The notes under the pieces were generated by a model. That model was not told where the DNA came from. It did no database searches and was given only the letters and a program-made list of their open reading frames with translations. A stretch of DNA of 64,000 nt from an uncultured bacterium (lineage in GTDB: Bacteria; Desulfobacterota; Deferrimicrobia; Deferrimicrobiales; Deferrimicrobiaceae): positions 67-64,066 of the forward strand of contig CAVUIA010000004.1 of NCBI GenBank assembly GCA_963741515.1. The letters run 5' to 3'. Each line of letters starts with the position of its first letter. Within the stretch, counting starts at the first letter, position 1. Of this stretch, positions 43,879 through 54,115 are shown one piece after another. The position numbers and the translations under genes are program-made.

Positions 43879-45186
43879 TCAGCGCATCGGGGACCATGCA
43901 GGTGATCCTACATCCCCGAGCCCGGAGACCAAGGTCCGTTCCCGCCGACCGTCCAATGAGATGATTTTCAATACAGAGTAGCCCCTTTTTCGCACGGTGT
44001 AAACCAACTGCCTCCCGTCGGGGGAAAAGGACGGGTCCTCGCAATCGCCGTCGGGCAAGGCGGCGACGAGCCGGAGGTCCGACCCGTCCGGCGCGACCGT
44101 GTAGACCACGAACCGCCCTCCCGCGCGGGCGGTGTAGGCGATCCGGTTCCCGGCGGGGGACCAGCACGGCGACGTGGCGTACACGCCCGCCTGCGAGACG
44201 CGCCTTTCCCCGTCGGACCCGACGTCCTTCACGTAGACATGCGGCGCCCCCCCGCGGTCGGACACGAAGGCGAGCCGTTTCCCGTCGGGCGACACCGTCG
44301 GGGAAACCTCGAGCCCCCACCCTCCCTCGATATTCTCCGCGGCGCCGCCGGTCACCCGCACGCGCCGGATGTCGGAGTTCCCGCCCGTGCTGACGGAGTA
44401 GTAGAGCCAGTCCCCGTCGGGCGAAAATCCGCCCGGGGCCTTCGTGTCGCCGGCCCGGACGACCTCCTTCTCGACGCCGGTTTCCGGATTGCGCAGGTAA
44501 ATGATGGGCAGCCCGGTGCGGAAGGACGTGAACGACAGCCAGCGGCCGTCCGGGGACCAGCGGGGAAAGAGGTTGTAGCTGCGGTTGCTCGTCACTTTCC
44601 GGAGGTCCTGGCCGTCCATCCCCACGATGTAGATCTCCTTCCCGCGGCCGTCGCGCGCCGAGAAGGCGATCTCCGTCCCGAAGATGCCGTGCACGCCGGT
44701 GAAGATGAACACGATCTCGTTGGCGAACTTGTGCACGATCTGGGGCACCTGCCGCGGCGTGCCCGAGTACCGCTTCCCGGCGATCAGCGTCCCCTGCGTG
44801 GCGTCGTAGACCCGCATCTCGATGGCGAGCTGGTCTCCCCGCCCCTCCACCTGCCCGATGACCACCGCCTCGGCGCCCACCGCCTTCCACGCGGGGAAAT
44901 CGAGGCCCTGGCCGGAGAAATGCGCGGACTTCACCGTCTCGAGGTGCGCCTCCCGGGGAACCAGGTCGAACAGCCCGGTGAGCTCGAGGTCTTTTTCCAG
45001 CATCTTCGGGATCCCCTGGGAAAGCGACGCGCCCCCCGAGATCACGACGAAGTTCCCGACGGCCAGCGGCAGCCGCTTCCCGCCGGGAGCGTTGATGTCG
45101 ATGTAGAGGACCGCGCCCGCGGCGGGCGGGAACAGCACGAGGGCGAGGAGGATCGCGACGGCCGCCCTCCCGATCGATCTTCTCAT
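43879..45186 (-). CDS. tolB: TolB periplasmic beta-propeller protein
   Basis: N-terminal TolB domain and WD-like repeats (SPDG...). Position in the cluster. Confidence 0.85.
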   Translation of the reverse strand: MRRSIGRAAVAILLALVLFPPAAGAVLYIDINAPGGKRLPLAVGNFVVISGGASLSQGIPKMLEKDLELTGLFDLVPREAHLETVKSAHFSGQGLDFPAWKAVGAEAVVIGQVEGRGDQLAIEMRVYDATQGTLIAGKRYSGTPRQVPQIVHKFANEIVFIFTGVHGIFGTEIAFSARDGRGKEIYIVGMDGQDLRKVTSNRSYNLFPRWSPDGRWLSFTSFRTGLPIIYLRNPETGVEKEVVRAGDTKAPGGFSPDGDWLYYSVSTGGNSDIRRVRVTGGAAENIEGGWGLEVSPTVSPDGKRLAFVSDRGGAPHVYVKDVGSDGERRVSQAGVYATSPCWSPAGNRIAYTARAGGRFVVYTVAPDGSDLRLVAALPDGDCEDPSFSPDGRQLVYTVRKRGYSVLKIISLDGRRERTLVSGLGDVGSPAWSPMR

Positions 45187-46016
45187 CCATCGCCTCCCGT
45201 CCCGTGGAATCGGAACCCCACCTCGTAATGGTCCTCGCCGCCCCGCAGCCGTTCCGGGGGAACGGGCAGGGGGCTCGCCTTCCGTATGGCCCGACGGACG
45301 GACTCGTCGAAATAGACATTCCCGGACCCTTTTTCGATCCGGGCATCGGATACCCGCCCGTCCTTTTCGATGACGATCCGCATTTCCACCATGAGGTTCT
45401 TGGCGTTCCGCGCCAGCGCCTCGGGCAGCACCCAGCTTTCCCGGACCTTCTCCTCGAGCTTCCGGAAAAACTCGAGGAGCTCCGGCGACACCCTCACCGT
45501 TCCCTGCGACCCGCCGCCGATCCCTCCCCCCGCGCCGGGGGTACGGCTGACGGGCGGGCCCTCGATCCGGCGGGCGACGCGTTCCCCGACCCCCCGCACC
45601 GCGGCGCGCGCGGCCGCCTCGCTCCTGCGCTCTTCCACCGCGCTCCGCACGGAGTCGGAATCGGCCCGGGCCTCGCGCATCCTGCGCACCCGCTCCGAGA
45701 CCGAGGTCGTGTCCGGGATTTCGGCGGCCGTCGCCTTCTTCTTCGCGGATGCCTTCGCGTCGGCCTTCGCGTCGGCCTTCGCGTCGGGCTTCGACGGCGG
45801 TGTGGTCTTGACGGGCACGCCCTCCTTGCGGGCGGGCGGCGCCGGCACCTCCCCGGCCGGAGGGGCCGCCTTTTCCTGTTCGGGCTGGAAATCGCCGCCG
45901 CCGACCAGGTTCACCACGGCCACCGGCTCGAGCCGGGGCGGCCTCTTCTGGTATGCGGTGACCGTCAGCGAGACCATCCCCAGGAGGAGATGGAACACCA
46001 CGGAGAGGGCGAGCAT
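45183..46016 (-). CDS. tolA: TolA-like protein with a (DAKA)n repeat linker and a TonB/TolA C-terminal domain
   Basis: N-terminal TM, P/A/K-rich linker KPDAKADAKADAKASAKKK, C-terminal domain. ATG at 46016; the ORF-table start at 46103 is TTG. Confidence 0.7.
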   Translation of the reverse strand: MLALSVVFHLLLGMVSLTVTAYQKRPPRLEPVAVVNLVGGGDFQPEQEKAAPPAGEVPAPPARKEGVPVKTTPPSKPDAKADAKADAKASAKKKATAAEIPDTTSVSERVRRMREARADSDSVRSAVEERRSEAAARAAVRGVGERVARRIEGPPVSRTPGAGGGIGGGSQGTVRVSPELLEFFRKLEEKVRESWVLPEALARNAKNLMVEMRIVIEKDGRVSDARIEKGSGNVYFDESVRRAIRKASPLPVPPERLRGGEDHYEVGFRFHGTGGDG

Positions 46017-46071
46017 CCACCTCAAGCGAAGATGCGGAGTGCCGGGGAGAGACGGAGGGATCCCCGTTCCC

Positions 46072-46494
46072 CTACCGTTCGAGAGGTTCGGTGACCATGC
46101 CAAGTTTTTCGATCCCGGAGTTCCTGACCTCCGCGATGACCTTCACCACGAAGCCGTAAGGGACGGAACGGTCGGCGCGGAAATACACCTGGCGGTCCTC
46201 CCGTTGGGAAACGATCCGTTTGAGCACCGGGCTCAGCCGGTTGAATTCGACCGGCTGCTTGCCGATGAAGATGCGGCTGTTCGCGTCGACCGTGAGGACG
46301 AGGCGCTCCTCGTCGCTGCGCAGCGCCTTCGCGCTGGCCTGCGGCAGGTTCACGTCGACCCCCTGGGTGAGCATGGGCGCGGTGACCATGAAGATGATGA
46401 GGAGCACGAGCATGACGTCGACCATCGGCGTGACGTTGATGTCCGCCATCATCCTTTTGTCCCCGGCGCGGCTGGAAGAGCTCATCATCGCCAT
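46072..46494 (-). CDS. tolR: TolR/ExbD
   Basis: INVTPMVDVMLVLLIIFMV single TM. ExbD fold. Confidence 0.85.
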   Translation of the reverse strand: MAMMSSSSRAGDKRMMADINVTPMVDVMLVLLIIFMVTAPMLTQGVDVNLPQASAKALRSDEERLVLTVDANSRIFIGKQPVEFNRLSPVLKRIVSQREDRQVYFRADRSVPYGFVVKVIAEVRNSGIEKLGMVTEPLER

Positions 46495-46498
46495 GGCG

Positions 46499-47227
46499 TC
46501 ACGCCTTCTCGATCTTCCGTTCGAGGAAGTTGATGAATTCCGTCGTGAAGCCGTCGACCCGGGTGTGGATCGACCGGATGCGGTTCAAAAAATAGTTATA
46601 GGCGATGACCGCCGGGATGGCCGCCATCAGCCCCGCCGCCGTCGCGACGAGCGCCTCGGCGATGCCCGGGGCCACGGTGGCGAGGGTGGCGTTCCCCGTG
46701 GTGGCGATGCCCGAGAAGGCGTTCATGATGCCCCACACCGTCCCGAACAGCCCGATGAACGGCGTCGCGCTGCCGGTGGTGGCGAGGAACGGGAGGAGCT
46801 CCTCCATGATGCTCACCTGCTCGTGGGTCGTCTTGTACATCGCCCGCTGAACGTTTTCCACGGGAAAGCGGCTGCCCGGAGGCGGCGCATCGCCCCGCTC
46901 CCGGTGGATCCGCGTCAGCTCGATGTATCCCGCGCGGAACACCTCGGTCATCGGGGCCTTCTTCCCCTTCTCCGCCATTTCATAGAGGGCGGGGAGTCCC
47001 TTCCCCTCGGCGAAGGCGCGGGCGAAATCGGCCTGGATCCTGTCGATCCCCTTGAACAGTTTTATTTTCATGAAAATGATGGCCCAGGAAACCACGGAGA
47101 AACCGATCAGGAGGACCAGGACCAGCTTGACGATTGGTCCGGCCAGCAGGACATGCTGCAATACCTGCGTGTCGAGCAGCCCGGTCGCGGGAACCACCGG
47201 CAACGTCACCTCCAAAAGAAACATCAA
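46499..47227 (-). CDS. tolQ: TolQ/ExbB
   Basis: Three TM helices, MotA/TolQ/ExbB family. Confidence 0.85.
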   Translation of the reverse strand: MMFLLEVTLPVVPATGLLDTQVLQHVLLAGPIVKLVLVLLIGFSVVSWAIIFMKIKLFKGIDRIQADFARAFAEGKGLPALYEMAEKGKKAPMTEVFRAGYIELTRIHRERGDAPPPGSRFPVENVQRAMYKTTHEQVSIMEELLPFLATTGSATPFIGLFGTVWGIMNAFSGIATTGNATLATVAPGIAEALVATAAGLMAAIPAVIAYNYFLNRIRSIHTRVDGFTTEFINFLERKIEKA

Positions 47228-47354
47228 TTATGCCTCCTTTTAACTGAAATGGATATTTTTTTTATTAAGCTGTTTTCAACCCCCATTCTAATATCTTGAC
47301 AAACAATTCTGTATTAATAATATTGATGTTCATGTCTAACTAAAGGAGCGGTAG

Positions 47355-47762
47355 ATGAAAAAAACACGTAACACACGCCAGCGGGGGGTGATCCTCGACA
47401 TCCTCCAGGAGACGAGGGAGCACCCCACCGCCGAAAAGATCTACCAGGACGCCCGAAGAGTCATCCCCAACATCAGCCTGGGAACCGTCTACCGGAACCT
47501 GAACTTCCTTCAGGATCAGGGGCTGGTACGCGAGATCCGCCCCTGCGACGGAGGTTCGACCCGGTTCGACGGGGTCCTGGACTCCCATGCCCACTTCCAC
47601 TGCACCCGCTGCGGCGCGCTGCTGGACATCTCCCTGCCGCAGGGCTTCGAGCAGCTTCAGCTCAACAAGATGGATGGGATTTCGATGATATCATCGATTG
47701 ACCTGCACATCATAGGGGAGTGCTCGAACTGCGTGGGGGAGGGGTCGGGGTCGACGCACTGA
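47355..47762 (+). CDS. Fur-family transcriptional regulator (second copy), divergent from tolQ
   Basis: Fur fold with HFHCTRCG...ECSNC metal sites. AT-rich upstream region containing tattaataatattgat, which resembles a Fur box. Confidence 0.8.
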   Translation: MKKTRNTRQRGVILDILQETREHPTAEKIYQDARRVIPNISLGTVYRNLNFLQDQGLVREIRPCDGGSTRFDGVLDSHAHFHCTRCGALLDISLPQGFEQLQLNKMDGISMISSIDLHIIGECSNCVGEGSGSTH

Positions 47763-48594
47763 CAGCGTCTTCGCCCGCGTCCGACTCCGGATACTGGATG
47801 ATGATGCTGATTCTCCGGTTCCGGGGATCGTTCGGGTTTTCCCGGATCAGCGGCAGGGTGGCGGCGTAACCCGCAACCAGTGCAAGGCTGTCCGGATTCA
47901 GGCCAAACGTCTCGAGTTGCTTTCGAGCCGCTGATGCTCTTTCTGTCGACAATTCCCAATTCGTGTAGCGATTCGAGGAATAGCTGAGGGCGTCGGTGTG
48001 CCCTTCGATGGCGATCTTGTTCGGGACGTCCTTGATGCTCCCGGCGACGGCTTCGAGCATCTTCTTCCCGACCGCCGTCGGGGCGGACCCGCCCAGGGGG
48101 AAGATGGGCTGCCCGGCCTTGTCCACGAGCTGGATGCGCACGCCCCCGGGGAACACCTCGATCATGATCTGGTCTTCCAGCCCTTTCAGCTTGGCCTGTA
48201 TCTCGCCTTTCAGTTTTTCCTGAAGCATCTGCGGGGTCACCGCGTTGTGATCGCCTCCCTTTCCTTTTTCCTTTTCCTTTTCCTTTTTGCTCTTTTCGCC
48301 TTTTTCGAAATATTCCTTGGGGATCGACATCTCCCCGCCGGACTCGCTCAGGATCGACGTCTTTTGCGACATGATGGACGATCCGCTCTGCTCGAAGATG
48401 CTGAAGTGCTTGAAGTAGGTGGCGACCCGCGCGCGCTTCTCCGGGGCCGTCATCGACAGGAGCCACATCAGCAGGAAGAACGCCATCATGCCGGTGACGA
48501 AGTCCGCGTAGGCCACCTTCCAGGCGCCGCCGTGGTGCCCGCCGGCGATGTTCTTCTTCACCTGCTTGATGATGATGTTCTTCTGGTTGTTCAT
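47710..48594 (-). CDS. motB: flagellar stator MotB/OmpA-family protein (set 1)
   Basis: Plug and TM with the conserved Asp (YADFVT). C-terminal OmpA-like peptidoglycan-binding domain NRRISIII. Confidence 0.8.
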   Translation of the reverse strand: MNNQKNIIIKQVKKNIAGGHHGGAWKVAYADFVTGMMAFFLLMWLLSMTAPEKRARVATYFKHFSIFEQSGSSIMSQKTSILSESGGEMSIPKEYFEKGEKSKKEKEKEKGKGGDHNAVTPQMLQEKLKGEIQAKLKGLEDQIMIEVFPGGVRIQLVDKAGQPIFPLGGSAPTAVGKKMLEAVAGSIKDVPNKIAIEGHTDALSYSSNRYTNWELSTERASAARKQLETFGLNPDSLALVAGYAATLPLIRENPNDPRNRRISIIIQYPESDAGEDAVSASTPTPPPRSSSTPL

Positions 48595-48597
48595 TTG

Positions 48598-49449
48598 GGC
48601 GCCGAGCGAACGGCCTGCTCCAGTTCGGAGAAGGTGGGCTTGTCGTCGCCGGGAATGGCGCGCCGGCCGAACTCGACGGCGATCTGGGGAGCGGATCCGC
48701 CGACGAACGCGACGATGGCCAGCTTGATGACCTGGTAGGACGACCTCTTCCTCCTTCGCCTTGTAGGCGAGGTTCGCCGCCATCGGGCCGACGAACCCGT
48801 AGCAGAGGAGGATGCCGAGGAACGTCCCGACGAGCGCCGCCCCGATGCTGTGGCCGAGCACGGCGGGAGGCTGGTCGATCTTCCCCATCGTGAGGACGAT
48901 GCCGAGGACCGCCGCGACGATGCCGAGGCCCGGGAGACTGTCGGCGATGGTGGTGAGGGCGTGGGACGGGACCTGCGCCTCGTGGGTGCCCGTCTCGATC
49001 TCGATGTCGAGCAGGCCGTCGAGCTCGTGCGGCGGGATGCTCGTCGTGATGATGACCTTGAGGTTGTCGCAGATGAAGTTCAGGAGGTGCTTCTCCTTCG
49101 CGATGGACGGGAACCTCTTGAACAGCGGGCTCTGGTCGGGATGCTCGATGTCCGCCTCGATGGAGATGAGCCCCTCCTTGCGGATCTTGGAGAACACCTG
49201 GTACAGGAGCGACAGGAGCTCGACGTAATGGGCCTTGCCGTGGGTCCGGGTGCTGAAGACGGTCCCGATGCTGCGGCCGACCTGGGAGACGACCTTGGAC
49301 GGCGAGCCGATGAGGAAGGCGCCGACGGCCGATCCGACGATGATCACCCACTCCGCCGGCACTAGGAGTATGTGGAGGTTCCCGCCCTCCATCAGGAAGC
49401 CGCCGATGACGGCGACCAGGACCACCGCGAAACCGATGATGGTCATCAT
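48598..49449 (-). CDS. motA: flagellar stator MotA/PomA (set 1); frame shift near the C-terminus
   Basis: MMTIIGFAVVLVAVIGGFLMEGGNLH... with four TM helices. The frame reads through into motB. Confidence 0.75.
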
Positions 49450-50141
49450 GGGCGGTTCCCCCCGGCCCCGTCGAGAAGCAGGACGACGTCGACCCGGCGG
49501 TTCCGGACGCGCCCCTCCGGCGTCGCGTTGGTGGCGATCGGCCGGAACTCGGCGTACCCGGCCGCGGAAACGCGCTCGGGAAGCACGCCGTGGACCCCGA
49601 GGAGCTGCGCGAGGACGCTCGTCGCCCGCGCGGTGGACAGCTCCCAGTTGGAGGCGAACCGGGCGTTCGAGATCGGAAGGCTGTCCGTGTGCCCCTCGAC
49701 GATCGCCTTGCACCCCGATTTCCTCAAGATGGCGGCCACGGCGGCCAGCGCGACCTCGGACGACGGCTTCACGTGCGCCTGGCCCGCGTCGAACAGGGCG
49801 TGCTCGCCCATCGAGAGGACGAGCCCCCGGTCGTCCGGGCGGACGGAGACCACCCCCGCCGCGCCGGACATCTCGATCATGCGGACCGCGTCCCGCTTCA
49901 CCTGCTCCGCCGCCGGGAACACCGGGGCGATCCCCTCGATGACCGGCTTCCCCTTGTCGGGAACGCGCGGGCCGAACGCCGCCCGCGTCGATCCGACGAA
50001 CTCGCCGAGCTTGGCGTTGTCGACGCGGCTGATCGCGTACATCACGGTGAAGAACGCGAACAGCAGCGTGATGAAGTCGGCGTAGGACACGACCCAGCGG
50101 TCCGGGTTCTCCTGCTCTTCGAACCGCGCGCGCCGCCTCAT
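49446..50141 (-). CDS. motB: flagellar stator MotB (set 2)
   Basis: WVVSYADFITLLFAFF TM with Asp. OmpA-like C-terminus. ATGA overlap with motA2. Confidence 0.8.
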   Translation of the reverse strand: MRRRARFEEQENPDRWVVSYADFITLLFAFFTVMYAISRVDNAKLGEFVGSTRAAFGPRVPDKGKPVIEGIAPVFPAAEQVKRDAVRMIEMSGAAGVVSVRPDDRGLVLSMGEHALFDAGQAHVKPSSEVALAAVAAILRKSGCKAIVEGHTDSLPISNARFASNWELSTARATSVLAQLLGVHGVLPERVSAAGYAEFRPIATNATPEGRVRNRRVDVVLLLDGAGGNRP

Positions 50142-50887
50142 GCCGCGCTCTCCACGAACGATCTCAGCCTCTGCTCGAGGTAGTAGGGGTTCACCCCCGA
50201 CTGGATCCCGAGCACCCCCTCCAGGATCATCTCCCGCAGGCACAGGTCGTCGTTCAGCCGGTTGTTGAGCTTCTTCGACAACGGGAGCAGCACGAGGTTG
50301 GCGGAGCCGACGCCGTAGATCGTCGCGACGAAGGCGACCGCGATCCCCGCGCCGAGCTTCGAGGGGTCGGTCAGGTTCTCCATCACGTGGATGAGCCCCA
50401 GGACCGCGCCCAGGATCCCCACCGTCGGGGCGAACCCGCCGGCCGTTTCGTACACCTTCGCCACCCTCCTCCTCTCGTCCTCGTACGTCGCGATCTCCCG
50501 CTCCAGCGTCTCCCGCAGCATCTTCGGGTTCATCCCGTCGATCGACAGCCGGATCGCCCTCCGGAAGAAGACGTCCTCGATCCCCTCCACTTCGGGCTCG
50601 AGCGCGACGAGCCCGTTCCTTCTCCCGGTGACCGCGAAATCGACGATCCGCCGGATGACCGGGTCGAAATCGGGCCGCTCCCCGAAGAAGACGTCCTTCA
50701 GCGACGCGGCCGCCCGGCGCACGTCGGAAAAGGGAAAGCTGACGAGGGTGGCGCCCAGCGTCCCGCCGAGGACGATCGCGGCGGCCGTCCCCTGGAGGAT
50801 GGACCCCACGCCCCCGCCCTCGAGGACGTTCCCGGCGACGATCGCCGTGACGCCGAGGGTGATCCCGATGATGCTCGAACGGTCCAA
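50138..50887 (-). CDS. motA: flagellar stator MotA (set 2)
   Basis: MotA/TolQ/ExbB family with four TM helices. Probable TTG start with a GAGGGA RBS. Confidence 0.8.
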   Translation of the reverse strand: MDRSSIIGITLGVTAIVAGNVLEGGGVGSILQGTAAAIVLGGTLGATLVSFPFSDVRRAAASLKDVFFGERPDFDPVIRRIVDFAVTGRRNGLVALEPEVEGIEDVFFRRAIRLSIDGMNPKMLRETLEREIATYEDERRRVAKVYETAGGFAPTVGILGAVLGLIHVMENLTDPSKLGAGIAVAFVATIYGVGSANLVLLPLSKKLNNRLNDDLCLREMILEGVLGIQSGVNPYYLEQRLRSFVESAA

Positions 50888-50902
50888 GCGTCCCTCGCTC
50901 CG

Positions 50903-51649
50903 CTACTCCCGGGAACTCCGGATGATTTCCCTCTGGCGCATCAATGAGTACTGGACGATCTCGTTCCGGAGCTCCTCGCTCATCTCGGTGAAATGCAGCG
51001 CGATCTCGGTCTCCCCGTCCCCCGCGTCGTCGGCGCGTATGACGTTCCCGTAGACGATCACGCCGAGGGGCGGCCGGGCCGGGAGGAGCATCTTCACCTC
51101 GAGGATGTCCCCGGCCTCGAACCGGTCCTTCGTCCGGAACGCCATCCCGGTGGCGCTCATGTTCACGTGCGTCTTCTCCGCGTGCAGGAACCCCTCGGTC
51201 TCCATGTCGAGACGCTCCAGGATCATCCCGAGCATCGTGTGGATGTTGATGAGCATCTGCCACACCCGGGGGTTCACGTCCAGGGTGTTCGCCTCCCCCG
51301 TGACGGGAGCGACGACCTCGCTGAACGGGAACGACCGCGACACGCACATGGCCTCATGCTGCGGCACCTTCCTCGCCACGAGCGGGACCACGTCGTCGAC
51401 CCGGAAATAGCCCCGGCTGTTGGACCAGGTCTTCCGCGCCCTGACGTTGCCCTTCTCGAAGGAAACGACCTCCGCGAAATACTGCCCCCCGTTTGCGGAG
51501 ATCATGAGCTGCTGGCCGGCGGCGATGTCCTTTTTCCCCTCCACGTCGAGGACGATGGTCTCCCCGTCCGTCGAGACCACGGTGGCCTGCTGGAGGATGA
51601 CCTCCGGCATGGTCTTGAAGAAAACCTTCTTACCGGTTTCCAGTTGCAT
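50903..51649 (-). CDS. PilZ-domain c-di-GMP receptor, YcgR-like (flagellar brake candidate)
   Basis: RxxxR (RGYFR) and N-x-S-x-x-G (NMSATG) motifs. N-terminal PilZN-like domain. Position between the HD-GYP gene and motA. Confidence 0.75.
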   Translation of the reverse strand: MQLETGKKVFFKTMPEVILQQATVVSTDGETIVLDVEGKKDIAAGQQLMISANGGQYFAEVVSFEKGNVRARKTWSNSRGYFRVDDVVPLVARKVPQHEAMCVSRSFPFSEVVAPVTGEANTLDVNPRVWQMLINIHTMLGMILERLDMETEGFLHAEKTHVNMSATGMAFRTKDRFEAGDILEVKMLLPARPPLGVIVYGNVIRADDAGDGETEIALHFTEMSEELRNEIVQYSLMRQREIIRSSRE

Positions 51650-53137
51650 TGGAGCACTCCTCTTCCTTGAGCGTTTCCATGAAGACCCGGACCATCTCCG
51701 GGTCGAACTGGCTTCCCGCGCAGCGGTTCAGCTCCGCGATCGCATCCTCGCAGGTGCGCGCTTTCCTGTAGGGGCGGTGCGACGTCATGGCGTCGTACGT
51801 GTCGGCGACGGCGAGGATCCGCGCGATGGGCGGGATCTCCTCCCGCGCGATGCCGTCGGGATAGCCCGTGCCGTCGAACCGCTCGTGGTGGTGCCGGATC
51901 ACCTTCCGTTCCTTGTCGAAGAAGCGGATCGGCTTGACGATCTCGTCGCCGATGGACGAGTGGAGCCGGATCTCCTGCATCTCCCCGTCCGTCAGGCCGC
52001 CCGGCTTGAGGAGCACCGTGTCGCGGACCCCGATCTTCCCGATGTCGTGCAGGTACCCGCCGAACCGGAGCGTGTCGATCTCGTCGGAGGCCAGGCCCAT
52101 CGTCTCCGCGATCCGGAGCGCGTACATCGTGACCCTCTCGGAGTGCTCCTTGGTGTAGGAGTCCCGCACCCCGATCGTCGTGATCAGGCTTTTGAGCGTC
52201 GCGACGATGTTGTTGAAGAAGACCTCGTACAGCGCGTTGTTCTCGATCTTGGAGGAGATCTTCTTGGCCAGGTTGATCGCGATGAAGACCTCTTCCTCGG
52301 TGAAGGCGGTGCCGTCGGCCTTGCCGGAGAGGTTCAGGATGCCGAACACGTCGTTCCCGACCAGGAAGGGGATCGCCAGGAGCTGGGACATCAGCGGGAT
52401 GCCGGTGTACGGGTTCGGCTTCCCCACGTCGATGACGTGGTGCTTCCTCCCGCCGAGGACGGCGTCGAAGAAGGGACCCGTCGACCTGGAAGGACGCCTG
52501 CCCGATGCCGACGGCCGACCGGACCGTCAGCCGCCCCCCCTCGATGATGCCGAAGGACACCTCCTGGACCGCGAGCAGCTTCGCGGCCATCTCGGCGACC
52601 CGCGCGTAGATCTCCTTGTTGTCGTGGCACCGGTCCACTTCGGGCTGATCGAGTGGAGGGACGCCGATCTCCTGCAGCCTCTTGAACAGCTCGGCGTTCA
52701 GTCTCTTCAGGGAGTCGTCGGACCCCTGCGTCGACGCGAGCCGGCCGTACAGCTTCCATTCCCCGAGGACCCGCTCCGTGGTGGAAACGATCTTGTCCAG
52801 CGTGAACGGCTTGGTGATGAAATCGGACGCCCCTTTCCGCATCGCGCGACACGGCGATCTCCATCGAGGAGACGCCCGTGAGGACGATGACGGGCACGGA
52901 CGAATCCATTTCCTTGCTCTTCCGGAGGAAATCCATCCCGTTCATGCGGGGCATCGTCAAATCGGTGAAGATGACGTCGTACCGGTTGGACCGGATCTTC
53001 TCGAGCCCTTCCATGCCGTCGGCGGCCACGTCCGTGTCGTAATTCCCGATCTCGGTCAGCACCTGGGAAAGAAGCTCCCTGACGCCCGGATCGTCGTCGA
53101 CGATGAGGATCCGGCCTTTCCTTTCCGTTTCAAACAT
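51630..53137 (-). CDS. response regulator with REC - GAF-like - HD-GYP phosphodiesterase domains; frame broken twice (near 52850 and 52470)
   Basis: REC ILIVDDDPGVRELL...DVIFTDLTMPRMNG. HD-GYP HHERFDGTGYP. The pieces lie in ORFs 52391-53137, 51502-52842 and 51630-52427. Confidence 0.7.
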
Positions 53138-53194
53138 CTACCTGCCCCCGCGCGCCGTCCGGAAATATGTCAAATCACCTTCATTACTTCGGAA

Positions 53195-53252
53195 GAAAAC
53201 GGGGAAAACATTAGGGGATTGTTGCGATCGGAAACGGGAAAACAAGGGGAGG
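53195..53252. repeat. two purine-rich direct repeats (GAAAACGGGGAAAACAttAGGGGA / GAAACGGGAAAACAAGGGGAGG) in the leader of the HD-GYP operon
   Basis: Read directly from the sequence. Pyrimidine-rich on the coding strand. Confidence 0.5.
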
Positions 53253-53333
53253 TGCGAACCGCGGATACACCTTTACTGTCCGCCGGATAACCGGCGTTTT
53301 CGAACCGGAGCGGGGAACGACCCGGACCTGTCC

Positions 53334-53564
53334 CTAGGTCCCGGTCTTGATGCGGCTCAGGACGGCGTTCTTCGTCTCTTCCATGATCTTCTGGCGTTTC
53401 GCTTCCGCCGAAAGAGTCACGACGTCCTTGAGGTCCGCGGTTTCCGGCTCCGTCTCCACCGACAGGTCCCTGCTCTTCAGGACCCTGTGGTAAAGATTGG
53501 TTACCTCCCCGATTTGAAAGGGGAATACCGTCATCTGCCTAACCTCCGTGTTCGGCAGCACCAA
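53334..53564 (-). CDS. hypothetical 76-aa protein (weak FlgM-like V-x-L-S-x-x-A motif)
   Basis: ...DVVTLSAEAKRQKIMEE... Too short and too divergent for a firm call. Confidence 0.3.
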   Translation of the reverse strand: MVLPNTEVRQMTVFPFQIGEVTNLYHRVLKSRDLSVETEPETADLKDVVTLSAEAKRQKIMEETKNAVLSRIKTGT

Positions 53565-53639
53565 CTTGCCTTGACTGTACTTATCGGATGGTTCTGCGAA
53601 TACTTAAGCGGGGGGGGGCTTTTAACCGGGAGGAAGCGA

Positions 53640-54115
53640 TTTTTTTCAGCCGGAGGCGAGGCGGTCCCGGACGGCCTCGAACTCCTTCTTCCCTTCCCCG
53701 AGGAGGGGGGAGAGCTCGTACTGGATCAGGTCGGCCAGGGAGATCCAGTCCTTCCTTTCCATGGCCGCCTGCATTTCCCGGAACAGGTCGAGTGGACTTG
53801 TCGAGGGAGGAGAAGGCCTCCGCGGGAACGGGCTGGGACGCCAGGTGGGCGATTCCTTTCCGGATCTCCTGCACGAGGGCGATGAGGTCGCCGAGATTGG
53901 TGACCCCCACCGAGAGCACCGAGAAGGTTTCGTTCGACGGGTCGACCCGGAGCCGCTTCGAGCAGTCGAGGAGCCCGGCGTCGATTTCCCCGACGACCGA
54001 GATCGCGGCTATCGACCCCTTCCCGGATCCTTGCAAGCAGCTCGACCTGTCGCGGATCGTCGTTCCCCATCGCGTCCCTCCCGGTAATGGATGGATCAAG
54101 TATTGCACGAACCAT
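53640..54115 (-). CDS. hypothetical protein of about 150 aa spread over three frames
   Basis: Protein-like segments MVRAILDPSITGRDAMGNDDPRQVELLARIREG / IDAGLLDCSKRLRVDPSNETFSVLSVGVTNLGDLIALVQEIRKGIAHLA / LDLFREMQAAMERKDWISLADLIQYELSPLLGEGKKEFEAVRDRLASG*. Confidence 0.35.

Noticed and set aside
45751-45798. 12-bp tandem repeat (gccttcgcgtcg) in tolA
   Set aside because: It encodes the usual low-complexity Ala/Lys/Asp linker of TolA, which is an expected feature of that protein family.
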